Shown here one piece after another: positions 1-15,200 of a DNA stretch of 64,000 nt (the stretch's first letter is position 1; each line of letters begins with the position of its first letter). Made by a program: the position numbers and the translations under genes. The DNA is from Macrostomum hystrix (lineage: Eukaryota > Animalia > Platyhelminthes). Below the pieces are notes generated by a model. That model was not told the origin of the DNA, made no database searches, and saw nothing but the letters and a program-made list of their open reading frames with translations. Where the stretch lies: contig CATNEN010000034.1 in assembly GCA_950097015.1 (NCBI GenBank), positions 5,580,001-5,644,000 of the forward strand, written 5' to 3'.

Positions 1-162
1 CTGTGCCTTCCATCTTGCTGCTTTTGGCCCTGTTGGCTAAACTGCCACTATTTGACCGTCATTATTTGGCTGCGCCCCAAATAAATGTGGCCTCGCCGGG
101 GAATCGAACTTAGGAACTGCGGAGCAAGAGGCAAACGCGTTAACCGCTCTGCCACCGACTCC
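1..162 (-). mobile_element. tRNA-derived SINE (head plus start of body; runs off the window edge)
   Basis: Reverse complement of 86-162 reads GGAGTCGGTGGCAGAGCGGTTAACGCG...AAGTTCGATTCCCCGGCGAGGCC, with a Pol III A-box (TGGCAGAGCGG) and B-box (GTTCGATTCC) but no clean acceptor stem; a related diverged copy lies at ~33.6-33.8 kb. Confidence 0.6.
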
Positions 163-3100
163 CAATGTGTTCGGATTACGTTACATGCAGAACTTTGTAT
201 TGAAACTTAAAAAGTATTGAAACGGATTTAGCTTTATTTAATTTCTCTCCAAAGAAAAACTCATAAAGGAACGATAAGTGTCCCAAACTGGCTTCACACG
301 AAGCCAAAGCAACGAACTCACCGCCCTCGAATCTTATTCCCTAATTAAGCAATGCTCGCAAAGACAGATTAATAAGAAACTTTATGTCAAACAATTTAGC
401 CGAGCCGATCCACTCAGCCGTTTCTCAATTTAGAAATGCTGCGTCATTCGATCCAAACAACCTTCAGAGATTGACAAGCTTCCCAACTTGCTGCAAGCTA
501 ATACCCTGCTTGTCTCTTTGGATATTGTGTTTCCGCTTGGCCGTCAAAATAAATCCGCCTTAGGTCCGAACCCGCGCTCTCAGCGGTGCAGCCCAGAGTG
601 TGGAAGTCAATTAATTTTCTGCAACTTTTACTCAGTCTCTCAGAGCCTCACATTACACTCATTTCACTAACCTCGATCAGCCCCTGAATCTGAGAACCCC
701 CTAGGGATGAAAGACTCAATCCCAGCAGGGTAATTCCACGCACACGGGAAGCGCTGGTAAACACAGCAACCCGGGCCGCTCTGGCGGGGGATTCACAGAC
801 ACGGATGCATTAAGCTGAGCTTGTCGCTTGGCAAGGCTAACAATGGAGCGGAAGGCTAACACGGAGCAAAGTTTACCAGCCCGAAAGCATTGCGGGAAAA
901 GTTTTACTCTGGGTGCTTGCTGGAAGCACTGATAGCGAGTAGCTGTCGCTGTCGTTGATGAGCACGTCATCTACCTGAAACAAGGACGCAGATTCAGGTG
1001 GGTTTTCCGTGCTAAGTGGATACTGGAGAGGGACAGAAGACGATCCAAGGGTGTAATGAATGAGCTCCAACTCCCTGCAAAATGAGAAGCGAGACAATAC
1101 TCATTGCTCATATAGGCGGGAAAGAGAAAGGCCAATTACGGCTGTCTCAGGGATCTTCCCATCGCATAGTAGCTAGAGTCCTTCTAGGTCCTTCTAAGCC
1201 TCACAAAATCCACCTTGTCTGCATCCGCGAATTCAGTTCTATCTTTAATTAATTCAGAAAAAAACAGGAAACGCAAAAAAGCAATAGTGTTCTCGGTTTT
1301 TTTGGTCAACCCAGAGCTCTCCTGCTACGCTTCAAAGTTATGAGCATTTAGATAGGTCGCTGGTTTTAATGCGGACGACACTTTTTTTAGACGCAACTAC
1401 TGTAAAATACTTTCTTTCTGTATTTATCTTTTTTTATTAGCCAACAGACTAGCAGAAAGAAACTTTCAGTTGGAAGTGCTTATCCATAACCGGGGAACTC
1501 TGCCCGAGTTTTTGTCCTTCAAAATATCAGCAGCGATGGAACACAAATAGTGAAGTCGGGTTACGGGCGCTAAAAATCGACATTTTTTGCTCAAAAAGTT
1601 GGGCGACATAAGCAACATTAATCTAACCGAATGCATCTGTTGAGCTTGATTTTGATTTCTGCCTTTGTTTTAAGTCCCCGACTTTCTAGTTTCTGTCATC
1701 TGCGCTAATATTACTTTTTAACTACTGGGCGTAAATAAAAATAGGTTATGCATGTAATGATCCAGTCTGTGGATCTATAAAAGATCCCACTTACTTTCGA
1801 ACCGAACCGAAAAGTCAGATTCAGTGATTTGAACATCTCGGGACGGGATATTCGGCCTTACTTTTACTTATTGTATGGCCTGGACGTAGATGAGGACTTA
1901 ATTACTCTGGAATTGGGTCTCAGGGATTCTCGTTTCCGCTTAAGTAGCGATTGAATCTGTGCCTCTTGCCAGACTCCTTGATGGGCATTCGTCGGAATGA
2001 CAAGGAAGCAAGGAAGATGAGAAGCTAGATCTCGCTTGAGACGGCTCGCTACAATCGCCTGTGGAGATGCCCGCATACCAAAATCTGTAAGGATTTTATC
2101 ATATTTGACACTTTCGCTACCGCTACAAGCTGCGAGCGTAATTTTAATATCAGCTGACCTGTAACTGGAGCAGCTAGGATAATTTCCTGAGTTTCATTGA
2201 AATTCAACTCAAACGACATTCTCTCAGTCCAACAGCTGGTGCTGAAGTTTTCTTGTCTCATTTTGTTTTGAAAATTGTTAAGTGGATTTCGTTGAAAAAA
2301 TAAACTGCCGTAGCATGGTTGAAGAGTCGTCCGCTAACAACTCTTGTGCGTGTGCGTGCCCGCATATCAATGATGTCAGGTCTTCGCGTTGCTGCAAACA
2401 CTTGTCGTGAACTGCTTTTCAGAAAAAAAAATTCAGCTGGCAGATATGGCGAAAACAAAAGTATCTTAGGGAAGAATACAGGATGTTTACACAATGGTAA
2501 GGGGATATCTAGAATTATCGGAAATGAAGAGGGGGAAAGGAGGCGACAGAAAACGAGGGATGCATTGCATGGAGATCTTCATTTCTGCCGTCTGCCTGAG
2601 GTTGAAATTAGGCAATTGAGATTAAGTCAGCCGTAAAGACGAGAGAAAAACTGCGTGGTATTCCCAAGTTGAGTACACACATGGGTTAAATTGTGTGTGC
2701 CTGCCTTCGCGAGGAGTAGCAGATGCTAGTGTAGGCTGCATCAGCATTGTCTAAAAAAGGCAAACATCGAATACGATCCTGAGTCGGATGCGGAATCCCA
2801 CCCCATCTTGTTCTATTTTCTCCTACATCGCTCATTATAATTCTACCGTTTCTAGACCGGGCGCTCTTTGCGAGCATTTGAAGCACAGCCCTGTCGTCAT
2901 CGGAAAGAGTTTCATGCTCCATTTGATTCTTGCCTTTTTATCCAGAGCTTTTTCCGACCCTTTTGTAATTTGCGCTACTCGAGCAACAGAAAAGTGGCAT
3001 GCAGCGAGGCATTGTAGTTCGTCTGCACAGCTTTGCCTACTGGATTTCAGACAGCATTTTCTGCTGCCTGTAAGCAGTTCTTTGCTTCCTGTTTTCTATT

Positions 3101-5187
3101 TCCTCACCGTATACCAGTAGCGAAGTAACACGAATGACCACTTAGAGGGCGCCAAAGCGGTCCCAGATCGCAGAATGCTCACACAAACCTAGCTTCTCCA
3201 TTAGAGATTTACTCTCGAGTGCCTCCTAAGTCCTAACACAAGGCTTGGCGTACTTATGCAAGAGCTATAAAATCATTGCATAATGATTTGTAGTCACAAT
3301 GTGAAATCTAAAAAAGAGTTACCATTAATGACGCGTTCTATAATGGTATTACAACTTTTGGATTGATTCCAGAAGGTTAACAGGTCGCCAGATTATGAGG
3401 GCAGAATGTTGTAGTAAAAAACTGATATGTTTTATGTACTTCTAAGTAGATCCGATACCTAGGTAGGTATGATTGTCTCTTCTAATTGATACAAATGACT
3501 AAAGATAAAAACGATTTTGGGTGCAGTGAAAATAAGCATTACGCCTGAACAGCAGTATGAATAAATATGCTCGCATGTATTGAATATTTTAGTGCAACTT
3601 ACTTTCTACTAGTAGGTGTTGACTTTTCTGAAGTACAAAGATTTTTACCGATAAGATTGGAATTCACTACAAATGTGTGCAACATATGTGCGACTCGTCT
3701 TTTTAGCCTCCCGCGTTTCCGTCCATCGGTCTAGTTTTCAAGGCATTCAGTTCCCTGTGGCTGCCATTGGACCGAAAAGCTGGACCAATTCTGGGCAGAA
3801 CAGGAGCCAATGTCGGTTCCAAGCCTCCGTTCAGCTTCCCAGATTCCAGCATCAACTCGCTCCTACTAGCTTCTTCTGTTAAATCTCTGGCTTCCATGCT
3901 ACGCAATCGTATTCGCAGCTGCATCACCGCTTGCCAAAATTAGATTTCTTCGCCACTAATTGGGAATATTTCACCTTAAGAAGCATCTAGTTTGTACTCA
4001 TGCGAGGAACGAGAAAGCCTTATTTAACATGATCTAAATATCCAATTTTAAATTTCACATACAAATGAGCCAGGTGCGCTGCGCTTTGAGTTTAACCATG
4101 GATGCGAAACGTAATTAATTAAAATATAAGCTCGTAGTTGTAATTGAATTGATACTTTTATAATTGAGCTTACAATTGAAGCAAATCAATTTGGCCTTTT
4201 GGTTGGAAGTTTTTATCGTACTTCCACATTATTTTGTGTTGGTCGTTGCCTACATGCACGCGCTGTCGAAAGACTCAAACCAGCTTATACAGGATTCATA
4301 TTCAGGTCCTTATACAAGACCTAGAAATAACTTTGATTTCTAGCCCTTGAATTAACCAAGCCCCTGAATCGGGACATTTTCGGATGATAATAAGCTCAAG
4401 ACTTCGTGAAAATATTTCTTTAACAGTTGAGTCTTAGCCATTCAGACTAGAGAAAGAGATGGACTTCTATTGAACCTGCCTTCTTTTAGCTGTCGAAATC
4501 GCCCATTACCTCGTTGCCCATTGTTTACTGTTGCCTCTGTGTCTAGTATGAAAGAGACAGAGAGAGCATTATTTGCTTTCGCTCATCTCGGGCTTCGGTA
4601 TTCGCTTTGTCATTTACCTGGTGGCCACCGCAATGGCATGTGGTTTGAGGTGCGTGCGCGCGTGTTTGCAAGCGAGCACAATGCCAAAGAATTGAATCGT
4701 CACAATTTGTATGCGCGTCGCAGGTAGGTGAGCACTTCAGACCCGACCGGTCTATGCCAGTGAACAATTCAACCCATGGAATGCATCAGAGCCGGGCGCA
4801 AGCGACATCGTTCGAGGGCTTGCTACTCTTATATTTGACGACAATAACTAAAAAACTAAATGAGACTGCGAGAAAAATGAGCGGCGGGTTTTGTTCTGGC
4901 TTGCTAGAATGAAGGCGACTTCGCCTAGTCAGGTTCATCTCTCTCTCTCGCTGTGTGTCTGTGCCTGTGTGGACGCCCATTCATTACGCGCGCATTGATG
5001 CCAGTGAGTTAGTTTCTGGCACACAGAATTTGTCTCCATGCAGTTAGTTACACCGCGGGCAGCTGGCTGTAGCACGGTTAGTGGAGGTGGGTGGGCAAGC
5101 GGGCGAGCCAGTCTTTGGGCACTGTGCATAAAATGCAAGGCGGGCCACGAGAGAGACAGAGCGAGCACAGCGGGCTCAAGCAAAGTC

Positions 5188-8100
5188 ATGAGCAAAGCTG
5201 AGCTGGAGACCCGGGTCCAGCAGTGGCTGGAGGATAACCATGAGATCGTGCATAACCCGCCTCTTGGTGCCAACCAGTGCTCCATCGAGTATGAGAAAGC
5301 CCGACAACGCGGCATCTTTGACGAACTCAACAAGATCGGATCTAAGGTAAAATCTGCACATTTTACACGAATTCAAAATGCTTGTCATTATTGATCATTC
5401 ACAGTAGGTTAATGAGTAGGCTACACTTGCCCCAACATGCAGGACCTTAATCGGCAGGTAAAAGACCAATGCGCGCTAAATGCCAACCGCGTGCGAGACA
5501 ACATCGTGTCCCTGGACTACATCGGCAAGATCGCTGGTCTGGAGGGCTTGTTCTCGGTGAGTAAACTCCGAGCTCTTGAGCAACTAGCTCTTTTATATAC
5601 CTTGAATATTTTTTGCAATCTTGTAATGCTTCTGGACGCCGTTGCAGAAGGCCACGGCGGAATTGCTCGGCACTGCGCATCAATTATCGACGGAGGAGGT
5701 CGAAAATCTGTCCGAAGTGCGCAAACCGCTGCTTGGCTCAGTTCAGCGCTGCTGGCAGTGGGTGGAGCTGCTCTCGACTCTGTCGCGGCTTCACTTGAGG
5801 AACGCAGCGGACTACAACGCCTTCCATGTCGAGTGCCACGATGCGAGAGAACGGCTGACGAGGAACTTTGGACACGCGCTGCGCCAGCAGGAGTGCCTGT
5901 TCCACCTGTCGCACACAGAGAGGACCAAGCGCCTACTAGCCAACCTCACGGTGAGTTGCTCTTCTGCAAAATTTAAGTGGGTCTAAACTGAAGCCACCTA
6001 CAGATATAATACGGTTAATTGTGTTTAGCTTAGTTAACTACTGTGAGATATAAACTGTGAGATATAAATTATAATTCTATGCCATGAGCCCATAACGCCA
6101 CCTGATAAATATAAATAGAAATAGCATCTAACCCAGTTGGGCCAGCCCGTGGCTATTGCGCGGAGCAATTCCAAAGGCTATATAAGTATACAAATGCTCA
6201 GTCCATGAACTCGAGATACAGCCACAGCGTCCCAACCATCCAATTTGCACACCACCTATTTCTAGAACCCGTTTCCCAGTCGGTGGCTGGAACAATGGAG
6301 GTTTCACACACAAATTATATAAATTGGAGCACATCAACACTCGTTTGCCTGAAAATGATACTTTGCTAGTCTGGAAACCAAATTAGTAGCCTCGTCAGTC
6401 AGTTAGTCTAATAGCAGTGCTGAACAGATTCATATGCAATAGCAAATTAGGACTAAAGTGCATATAGTGGACGCGTGTCGTAGTGACTCTCCGTTGGAAG
6501 CATCTTCTAGCAGAGCTCTATAATCTGGAGAGGCTGAGATGATTTTCTTCAGCTTGATTACGTAGAGTTGCTTAGGACGCTGCTCAATCTTCTAAAGTTT
6601 AAATCGGCAGGGAGGGAAAACGAAAGAGCCAGTTTAAAGTTATTCCCCCGCTATAGGAGCTGACTTAGAGCAATTGCAACGCTCTGAAATCTGTTACTTG
6701 GCTTTTGTGTAAGTGCGTGTATCTGAAATATTTGCAAAACAGTGCTTGTACTCGTACCAGCATTTCGCTTTTAGGAGGGCGGTTATGAGCGCGCAACAAG
6801 AGTTCATAACTTCATTTAAACGTTGCTTGTCCTCCGGTTTAAACAAAATGGCCCAGGAAAAAACGACAGTTGACAAACTACATGTATGTCAGTAATATTG
6901 CATACGGCGGCTGTCGCCTAGTGGATATAGCGTCGCCTCACGAATCGGGGTTCGATTCCCGACTCCACTGGAGCAATTTGTGTCCTTTAGCAAGACACTT
7001 CAGCGACCTTTGCTTCAGTTCACCAGCTGTTAAATGGGTACCAGCATGGGAAGCTAGGGTAATTGAGGGTGGGTGTGTGGCGTCCCCACAGTCCATGGAC
7101 TGAAAAGTCGAAAGCAACCTTCAGATGCTCCGCGCAATAGCTTCGACTGTGCTGAACTTTGGCTATACTTATAGTTTGGGCAGGCGTAATCAGTTATCAG
7201 AAAAAAGTCCGAGAGTCTTGGACTCGGGAGAGGTGGATACCAGGAGAGAAGGCCGAGACTAGGACAGAGCCGAGACTAGAAGAGAAAGATAAAGATGGTG
7301 AAAGACTGGGAACTTTGTTATTTGAAATCTTCAAATACCGCTGTCCCTGGCCATATAGGACTCGCTGAAGCACTGCCTGACGGACTGGGAGGCTGTGGAC
7401 CATCTGCTGGCTAAGAGCCACTCCATCGTACCCGTGGCCGAGCGGCTTGGCAAGCCTCGCAACCCATCATTAAAGGCTATTTGCGCTTGCAAGTACGAGA
7501 CTCCAGAGGTGAGTTCGCGTACAAGTGTTCGCGCTCGTTTCTAAGTGGCGATAGCTTTGTCAGTAACCTACGCTATATTAGGTATGGGGCATATACATAC
7601 AAAGTATGTAAATTTCTCTTTAAACTTCAGTTTCGAATCAGTGAGGGTGATGAAGTAGTTCTGCTGGACAACTCGGACAAGCACCTGTGGAGAGTCGCGC
7701 TTGACGACGGCTGCGAAGTCCAGCTGCCCTCCGTCATGGTCTGGATCCCGCCTTGCGACGCGCACAGCGTTGAGAAGGGAATCGGGTGCGTTGTTAATTC
7801 CTTAGCTATTATTTATTTAGAAAGTAATTTCCTTGTGAAAGCAGGCTTCTCGCCCTCAAAGGTGGGCTTTTGCTCCTAGCACGGCAAGAGTGGTAAGTAT
7901 CGCTATTTTAGATGTTTCCATATTGTTGAATCTCTGTTTTGTCTGACAATGAGCTCAACTATCATGTGACCAGAAGTGATAAAGCTATAGTTAGCACAAT
8001 GGAATTTCCGACACTACTTATTCAAATCACTGCCACAGTCTGCGCAAGAAGTTCTCGGACATGTGGACGGATCTACTGGAGAAATTTCGAGTCAGCACTG

Positions 8101-9261
8101 TGGTCCACCTGAACGGCATCTTCAGCCACTTTCTGGATCGTCAAACGGTACGTCTCATTTCTACGCAGGGTTTGTCTAGAAATATAACTATTGTCACAGC
8201 CTTAAAGTACTTTTGTTTGATGCTTGATCGCAACCGTCTCATGGGCAATAGGGGGCGAGGTGACGCATTAATTTTTTATGCAGAAAGCATCAACATATTT
8301 TACACAAGTTGGAAATTATTTTTTTGCTTTAACCCAAGTGCGAAGGTGTTCTTGCAGCTTGGGAGCTAGATGAAGATCTCATCTATTAGGCTAGGTTATT
8401 TGTTCAGTTCACAAATAACCTGAATAAATAGATTAAGATTTAGGCTTCACTTTAGCATACGTACGGTATAAACGATAATACAGTAACATAATAATTATAA
8501 TACGAAAATAATGTAATGACGACCAATACGAAAATTTGATTTCCAGCACGGGGCCATTGAGTATCCCTAAATTAAAATGCATTTTTTCAAAAAGTTTCAC
8601 TCGAAACGTTATCCTATTATGTTTGATTTGTCCCAACTCCAGCCCATTCAGGTGAGCGATCTCAGCAAGGCGCACGAGCTGTTCGAGCTCATCAAGAGCA
8701 CCATCTTGGCCGACGAGCCCACTGATGGAGTGCAGAATCTGGCCCGCCTGCTGGATGAAGTGAAGGCCAGGACCGTTCACAAAGGCGAGAAAGTCTATAA
8801 AAACATTTGAATCGCATTGTGTTCCAGATAAACGAAAGCATTAATTGCGAACTAACATTTTTTTGCAGATCAAGTCAATGCTGCTCTTGGACGAGACCCG
8901 AGACTCAGTAAGGCTAAAAACACTGAAAGTATCACTATTTTTCTTTTCGCATTCTCAGTGAACTTTTTCAGCCCATGTCTTTGCCATTCATTTATTTATG
9001 GTACCCAGAATCAGTTTATTAGTTCCCACCCAACAACAAATAATCAACAGGACCAGAAAATGTGCACTTTCCCTCAACTGAGCTGGTTCGACTACACACA
9101 ATAGTCTCCAAGCTTTGGCAGCATCTCCGGCACTGGACGGAGTTTCAAGAGTCCGGGTCACTGCCGCACTGGTCGCTGCTGCACTGCGTGCAACACGGCA
9201 TCGGCCAGCACAGGGACAGCGGACGACTGGTGCCTCCAGTCAGGAGCGCGGAGGAAATTGA
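5188..9261 (+). CDS. Plakin domain exons (spectrin-like repeats plus inserted SH3) of the giant gene
   Basis: CWQWVELLSTLSRLHLRNAADYNAFH resembles the desmoplakin/plectin W-x-W...HL-x-x-N-A-x-Y-x-x-F motif. KSHSIVPV...KAICACKYE...ISEGDEVVLLDNSDKHLWRV...GCEVQLPSVMVWIPP matches the plakin SH3 (compare desmoplakin RALCDY...KGDECILKDN...W...VPSV...IPPP). No calponin-homology domain seen. Confidence 0.85.
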
Positions 9262-12200
9262 GTAAGTTGCTGCTGAGAAGACACAAGGATCGCAATAAGC
9301 CTAGAGGGGTCGGGGTCACAGGAATAATTCGCTGCCGGAAGAACAGTGTCGTTGCAGATTTCCTGCATGTCTTGCATGACAGCTAGCGTGACAGATGGTG
9401 CAGGTATATTCCGAGCTCATTTTGGAACGCTCAATAATTTGCGCTTTCACTCAGAAAAAAATTAGCTGATGAGGCTAGTTATTCACTTTGTTTGGACTGA
9501 CGTTCTTGAAGGAGACTAAGAGCCTTCGGCAAAGAAGCACAGGCCTTGAAAAGGCCCCACCCGACAAAATCCGCATTAGGAAATTGCACCCTATCCTGCT
9601 TTTGATAGGGATGAAGCTCTGATTTTGAGAGTGATCGAAAAAATCTATCTTCGGCATACAGTAATACTCTGACAGGAGCTCGAAGAAATTTTTGTTTAAT
9701 CAAAGGTCCGCAGGCAGCCGATCCGGCAATGAAGCAAGCAATCAGCTAAATTGAGAGCGCAAAGTTGCTCTCACTGCTATTGTGGGAGATGGGGCGAATC
9801 GAGAGTATTTACAGCTTTTCGTTCCGAGCAGCGATTAAATACCAGAAGGGGCAGAGGGAGCTTCGTCTGTGCTCAAAAGCCTCAGCTCCCGCCTGGTGCT
9901 CTGGGAAGCGCTTGAGAAGACTTGAGCTTCTGCGCGTGTGTTGCCCTTAGTTTCTTCTTGGAATTAAGTGTGGGCGCTCAAGTGTGCGGAGCAGGTGCTA
10001 TACTGCGGATTATTTTTGCCACCTTTACTGGAAGCAGACTCTCAGGATTACGTCCGGGCCCGCTAGATGTTTTGCTGAAAACATCTATTAAACCTGGTTG
10101 TTATCAGCATCTGTTCCTACTTGTGAGACTGGAAAATATGGATACAGGTGTTTTGTGTGCGGATGGATTACTAACCTCATGAATAAGTGGGTCTTCTGGG
10201 CAAGTTTTCAATTCTAAATGTTTTGCGACGCTTTCCTAAATGTTTCTAAAATTTCTGTCATTAACATTTTTTTCGTAACGATAGCCAATGCCCTAAAATG
10301 CCTATTTGGCCAAATAGTTGCGCACACTTTTATGTTTACGCCGCTTAAAAAGAAGAACAACCATGTGTTTTCATATCGTTTCAAAAATCTAGTTCAGTCG
10401 TCACATGGGCGTCCCGATTCCGCATTTTTGCATTAGGGTACTCCTTGATACACAAAACCATGATTTCATGGACTGGAGAAATGAATGTAGCAATCTTAGC
10501 AATTCTAGCACTTCTCGTAGTACTTAGATCTTTCCGAAATATGGATAAACATATAAAAAGTATATTGTATCACAGCTCGAATCATGCTTTGAATGCTTAT
10601 GCTTATGATTACTATTAAGTAGTAAAGTGCAGTTTGTAGTTGATACACCACTGATACACCGCGCAAGAAAACTGTTAAAGTGCAGCTAAAAAGGATCATT
10701 GAAACAATTTTTACAGGCAAAAGCTGGCCCACGGTCAGGATGAACTGAGGAGGCTTCAAAACAGCTTAAACGCCATGACTGGTCCACGTCAGTGTCGAAA
10801 AGATGACGAGCCAATTGCAGCGCCTCCTCTGATTGGCCATCTGGACCTCGGCGATAGTCCTGGATTAGCAGCCAAGCCTATCCGTGCTGCAGCCAGCACA
10901 CAAAGAGACGCGGCTACGGACACCGGCTCGGTGACAGAGCTGTTAATGCAGCTGATGAACGAGCGTCGCGAATTCGCTCGCGCAGCGCTACGCCGCGAAG
11001 CTCGACAACGAGAGACTGCGACACAGACAAGCGGACAAGACAAGCCTGATGGTCCTTCTAGCTGCAGTCAAAGCAATGGCATGGGCGGCTTTGCTCAGGT
11101 TTCTGAGCGAAGTGTTGAGTGCCAACTGGCGCAAGAACAGCTTGCCACCTCTTCGGCTAACGCAGGCTTGTCTCTCGAGAGTACGGCTGCTCATACTCAG
11201 ACAGAGGATAAGCTTTTTGATCTGGAAGAGCCTGCTGTGATAGATAGGCAGAAACTTGCTATGGCTCCACCTGTTGAATCATCCGATGCGCATGTCCTGT
11301 CGGGTCCAACTGGATGGACGCAGTGGGCAGGCCAGGTGGGCGCCGCGTTTTCACAGTTTGCAGATAGTTGCAGTCAGGCCGGAAGCGGCTATTTGAACTC
11401 TGCGCATCAGCAAGTACAAAGCGGCCTAAGTAACTGGCAGACTTGTGACGCATCGGTCATTGCCAGAGATGTTCGTTATTCTGTTACATCAACTTCTCAG
11501 ACGGACTCGGTCGAAAGAGATTTGCTCGAAACTTTCGTTAAATGCCGAACGTTGACGGCTGTTGCGGAGACTCAGTCAAGAGTCGAACAGGCGGTGCAGA
11601 GCTGCCAGGCATCAGTGGACACGCTGCACGCTAGTTTAAGTGCTCACCTAGAGATTGAAAATGCATGTGTTCATATCAGACAGCCAAGTGTAGAAGCCGA
11701 TGCGTGGGTTCACGAAGAGACTTGCGACGCAAGCACCGAGTGCATCCGGATAATTGAGGACGCAGAAAGTGCGTGGACAGTTCCCAGGAAGGATGAAGCA
11801 ATCAGCATTCGGCCGGCTAAAGCGATAACCGTTGATTCTCAGAGCCAAACTTTTGAAGCAGTAACACGAAGGAGCAGCCTAGCAACCCAGTGTAGCATTA
11901 GTGCTTGTGACTCGGCGATACAGAGCGCAGCAGAGACAACCGACTTCGAGGTTCAGATGTCGCCAGAACCAATGCAAGCCAGCAGCACCAGTGTTCATAT
12001 CTCTATAAGTAGCATTGACGGTGGATCACAGACCCACACGACTGATGTAGCTGATGAAGAGACTGAGTACTCAATGTCACTATGCGAGTCCTGGCAGCAA
12101 ACTGAGGCAAGGGCGACAGAAAATTTTGGAATGAGCACAACTTCACAAACAGCAGACGCCGCGTGTCAGAGCCGAATTGCTTGCGTCGAGGCTAACACAG

Positions 12201-15200
12201 AGACGAAAAAAATAACGTCCTACAGCGTACTAGTTCAGATGGCAGTTAAAATGCAAGACGCAAGCACTGAGTCCAGCTGCCAGCTGGCTAGCGATGAAGC
12301 TCAAACGAACGCAAAGCTCATGCGGCATGTGGAAACAGACTACGCCATAGAGATGGTTGATAACCAGATCCAGACTGACGGTGACTTTGAAGAAGAAGTA
12401 GTCGAGACTTATGTGGTACAGCAGCAAGCAATCATGCCTATGGCTACACAAAGCGAGGACTTCGCTTCACAGACGGAAGTTAACACTACAGAATGTTTCG
12501 TCAGAGTCGACCGCCCGGCTTATGCAAATGCAGAAACGGACACAGGCAGAGCCTCCAACCAAGACAGTGTTAAAGCAGAGTACAAAGCAGATGCCCAACA
12601 ATCTAGCGTCAATGCTAGTGTGGCACACGCAGAAGTGGCGACTGCGACGGAGCAAAAGTCCACTGAGTTCGCACTGCAATGGGAACTTACGTGCTCGAAT
12701 AGTAGCACAGAAACAGAGAAAAGCACACTGCTTTGTGAAAGCGTTGGCCTTCAGACTGAAAATAATCAAGTCGAAAAGCTGGAGAAAGAAACTAATTACG
12801 AAGTTTCCTTCGCGAATGCAGCATTTCAAACTCCAAATTTAGAGTACGAAAATGTGCTCACAATCGCTCATGTTATAACTGCCGACAGTAGTTCGCTCTG
12901 CACCATAGAATTGGACAGTTCTGCTTGTCAAACTGAAGACAAGGCGGAAATCATAAGAAGAGATGTAGCCACAGCTGTAGAATGGCAAAGAATTGACAAG
13001 GAATGCATCTGCCATATTGCCATTAGCGATGCCTATCAGCAAACAGATGCAAAAGAATCCGAGGAAAAAGACATGACAACCCAAACAATCACCGAAGCAC
13101 GCGACTCAGTAGTCAAAGTCGGAGCACTTGTTCTGGATGCATCGACACTGACTGACACAGTCGAAGTCCAAACAGCCGACAAGGAGACAGTCTATACATT
13201 GTCAATGAGCGACGCTACTCATCAGACAGAAAGTGAGATGAATCATGCATCGATTGTCATCAGGCCAGACATCGCTGAGGTTGCATCGTTGTGTGCCTGT
13301 GAAAGCTCCGACACCACAACCCAAACAATCACCGAAGCACGCGACTCAGTAGTCAAAGTCGGAGCACTTGTTCTGGATGCATCGACACTGACTGACACAG
13401 TCGAAGTCCAAACAGCCGACAAGGAGACAGTCTATACATTGTCAATGGTTGATAGTGCAGGACAAACCGAAGTCGAGTGCCTAGAGATGGCGACAAGAGT
13501 TGAACCACAAATGGCTGCGAGCGCTTCAATGTGGGACGCCGAATCAAACGACATGTCAACACAGACTCTGTACGAATGCACCGAAACCCTAGTGACAATC
13601 GGATCCACTGTTGAGGATAAAGCAACCGAGATATCATTGCACGTCAGCTGTCAGGAGCAACAGACGGACTCGATTGTTGTTGATACGGCTGAGAAGCAGA
13701 CCGAGTACAACTTGGTGGTCTGCGACGCTACGCTGCAGACTGAGGGCGAGTTGATTCAAGCATTTGCAGTCTTCAAAACAGCCACAAGCGAAACTGCTTC
13801 AGTATGGGAGTGTGAGAGCACAGATATGACAGCCCAAACAATCACCGAAGCACTCGACTCAGTAGTCAAAGTCGGAGCACTTGTTCTGGATGCATCGACA
13901 CTGACTGACACAGTCGAAGTCCAAACAGCCGACAAGGAGACAGTCTATACATTGTCAATGAGCGACGCTACTCATCAGACAGAAAGTGAGATGAATCATG
14001 CATCGATTGTCATCAGGCCAGACGTCGCTGAGGTTGCATCGTTGTGTGCCTGTGAAAGCTCCGACACCACAACCCAAACAATCACCGAAGCACGCGACTC
14101 AGTAGTCAAAGTCGGAGCACTTGTTCTGGATGCATCGACACTGACTGACACAGTCGAAGTCCAAACAGTCGACAAGGAGACAGTCTATACATTGTCAATG
14201 GTTGATAGTGCAGGACAAACCGAAGTCGAGTGCCTAGAGATGGCGACAAGAGTTGAACCACAAATGGCTGCGAGCGCTTCAATGTGGGACGCCGAATCAA
14301 ACGACATGTCAACACAGACTCTGTACGAATGCACCGAAACCCTAGTGACAATCGGATCCACTGTTGAGGATAAAGCAACCGAGATATCATTGCACGTCAG
14401 CTGTCAGGAGCAACAGACGGACTCGATTGTTGTTGATACGGCTGAGAAGCAGACCGAGTACAACTTGGTGGTCTGCGACGCTACGCTGCAGACTGAGGGC
14501 GAGTTGATCCAAGCATTTGCAGTCTTCAAAACAGCCACAAGCGAAACTGCTTCAGTATGGGAGTGTGAGAGCACAGATATGACAGCCCAAACAATCACCG
14601 AAGCACTCGACTCAGTAGTCAAAGTCGGAGCACTTGTTCTGGATGCATCGACACTGACTGACACAGTCGAAGTCCAAACAGCCGACAAGGAGACAGTCTA
14701 TACATTGTCAATGAGCGACGCTACTCATCAGACAGAAAGTGAGATGAATCATGCATCGATTGTCATCAGGCCAGACGTCGCTGAGGTTGCATCGTTGTGT
14801 GCCTGTGAAAGCTCCGACACCACAACCCAAACAATCACCGAAGCACGCGACTCAGTAGTCAAAGTCGGAGCACTTGTTCTGGATGCATCGACACTGACTG
14901 ACACAGTCGAAGTCCAAACAGCCGACAAGGAGACAGTCTATACATTGTCAATGGTTGATAGTGCAGGACAAACCGAAGTCGAGTGCCTAGAGATGGCGAC
15001 AAGAGTTGAACCACAAATGGCTGCGAGCGCTTCAATGTGGGACGCCGAATCAAACGACATGTCAACACAGACTCTGTACGAATGCACCGAAACCCTAGTG
15101 ACAATCGGATCCACTGTTGAGGATAAAGCAACCGAGATATCATTGCACGTCAGCTGTCAGGAGCAACAGACGGACTCGATTGTTGTTGATACGGCTGAGA

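Noticed and set aside
700-3930. Possible minus-strand exons (e.g. 873-1097, 2686-2922, 3703-3927)
   Set aside because: Some splice-like sites exist, but I could not chain them in phase or recognise any domain.
9840-9925. Extra coding exon of the plakin gene (..SVLKSLSSRLVLWEALEKT)
   Set aside because: The frame ends in a stop without a donor, and exons 9051-9261 and 10717 already join in phase.
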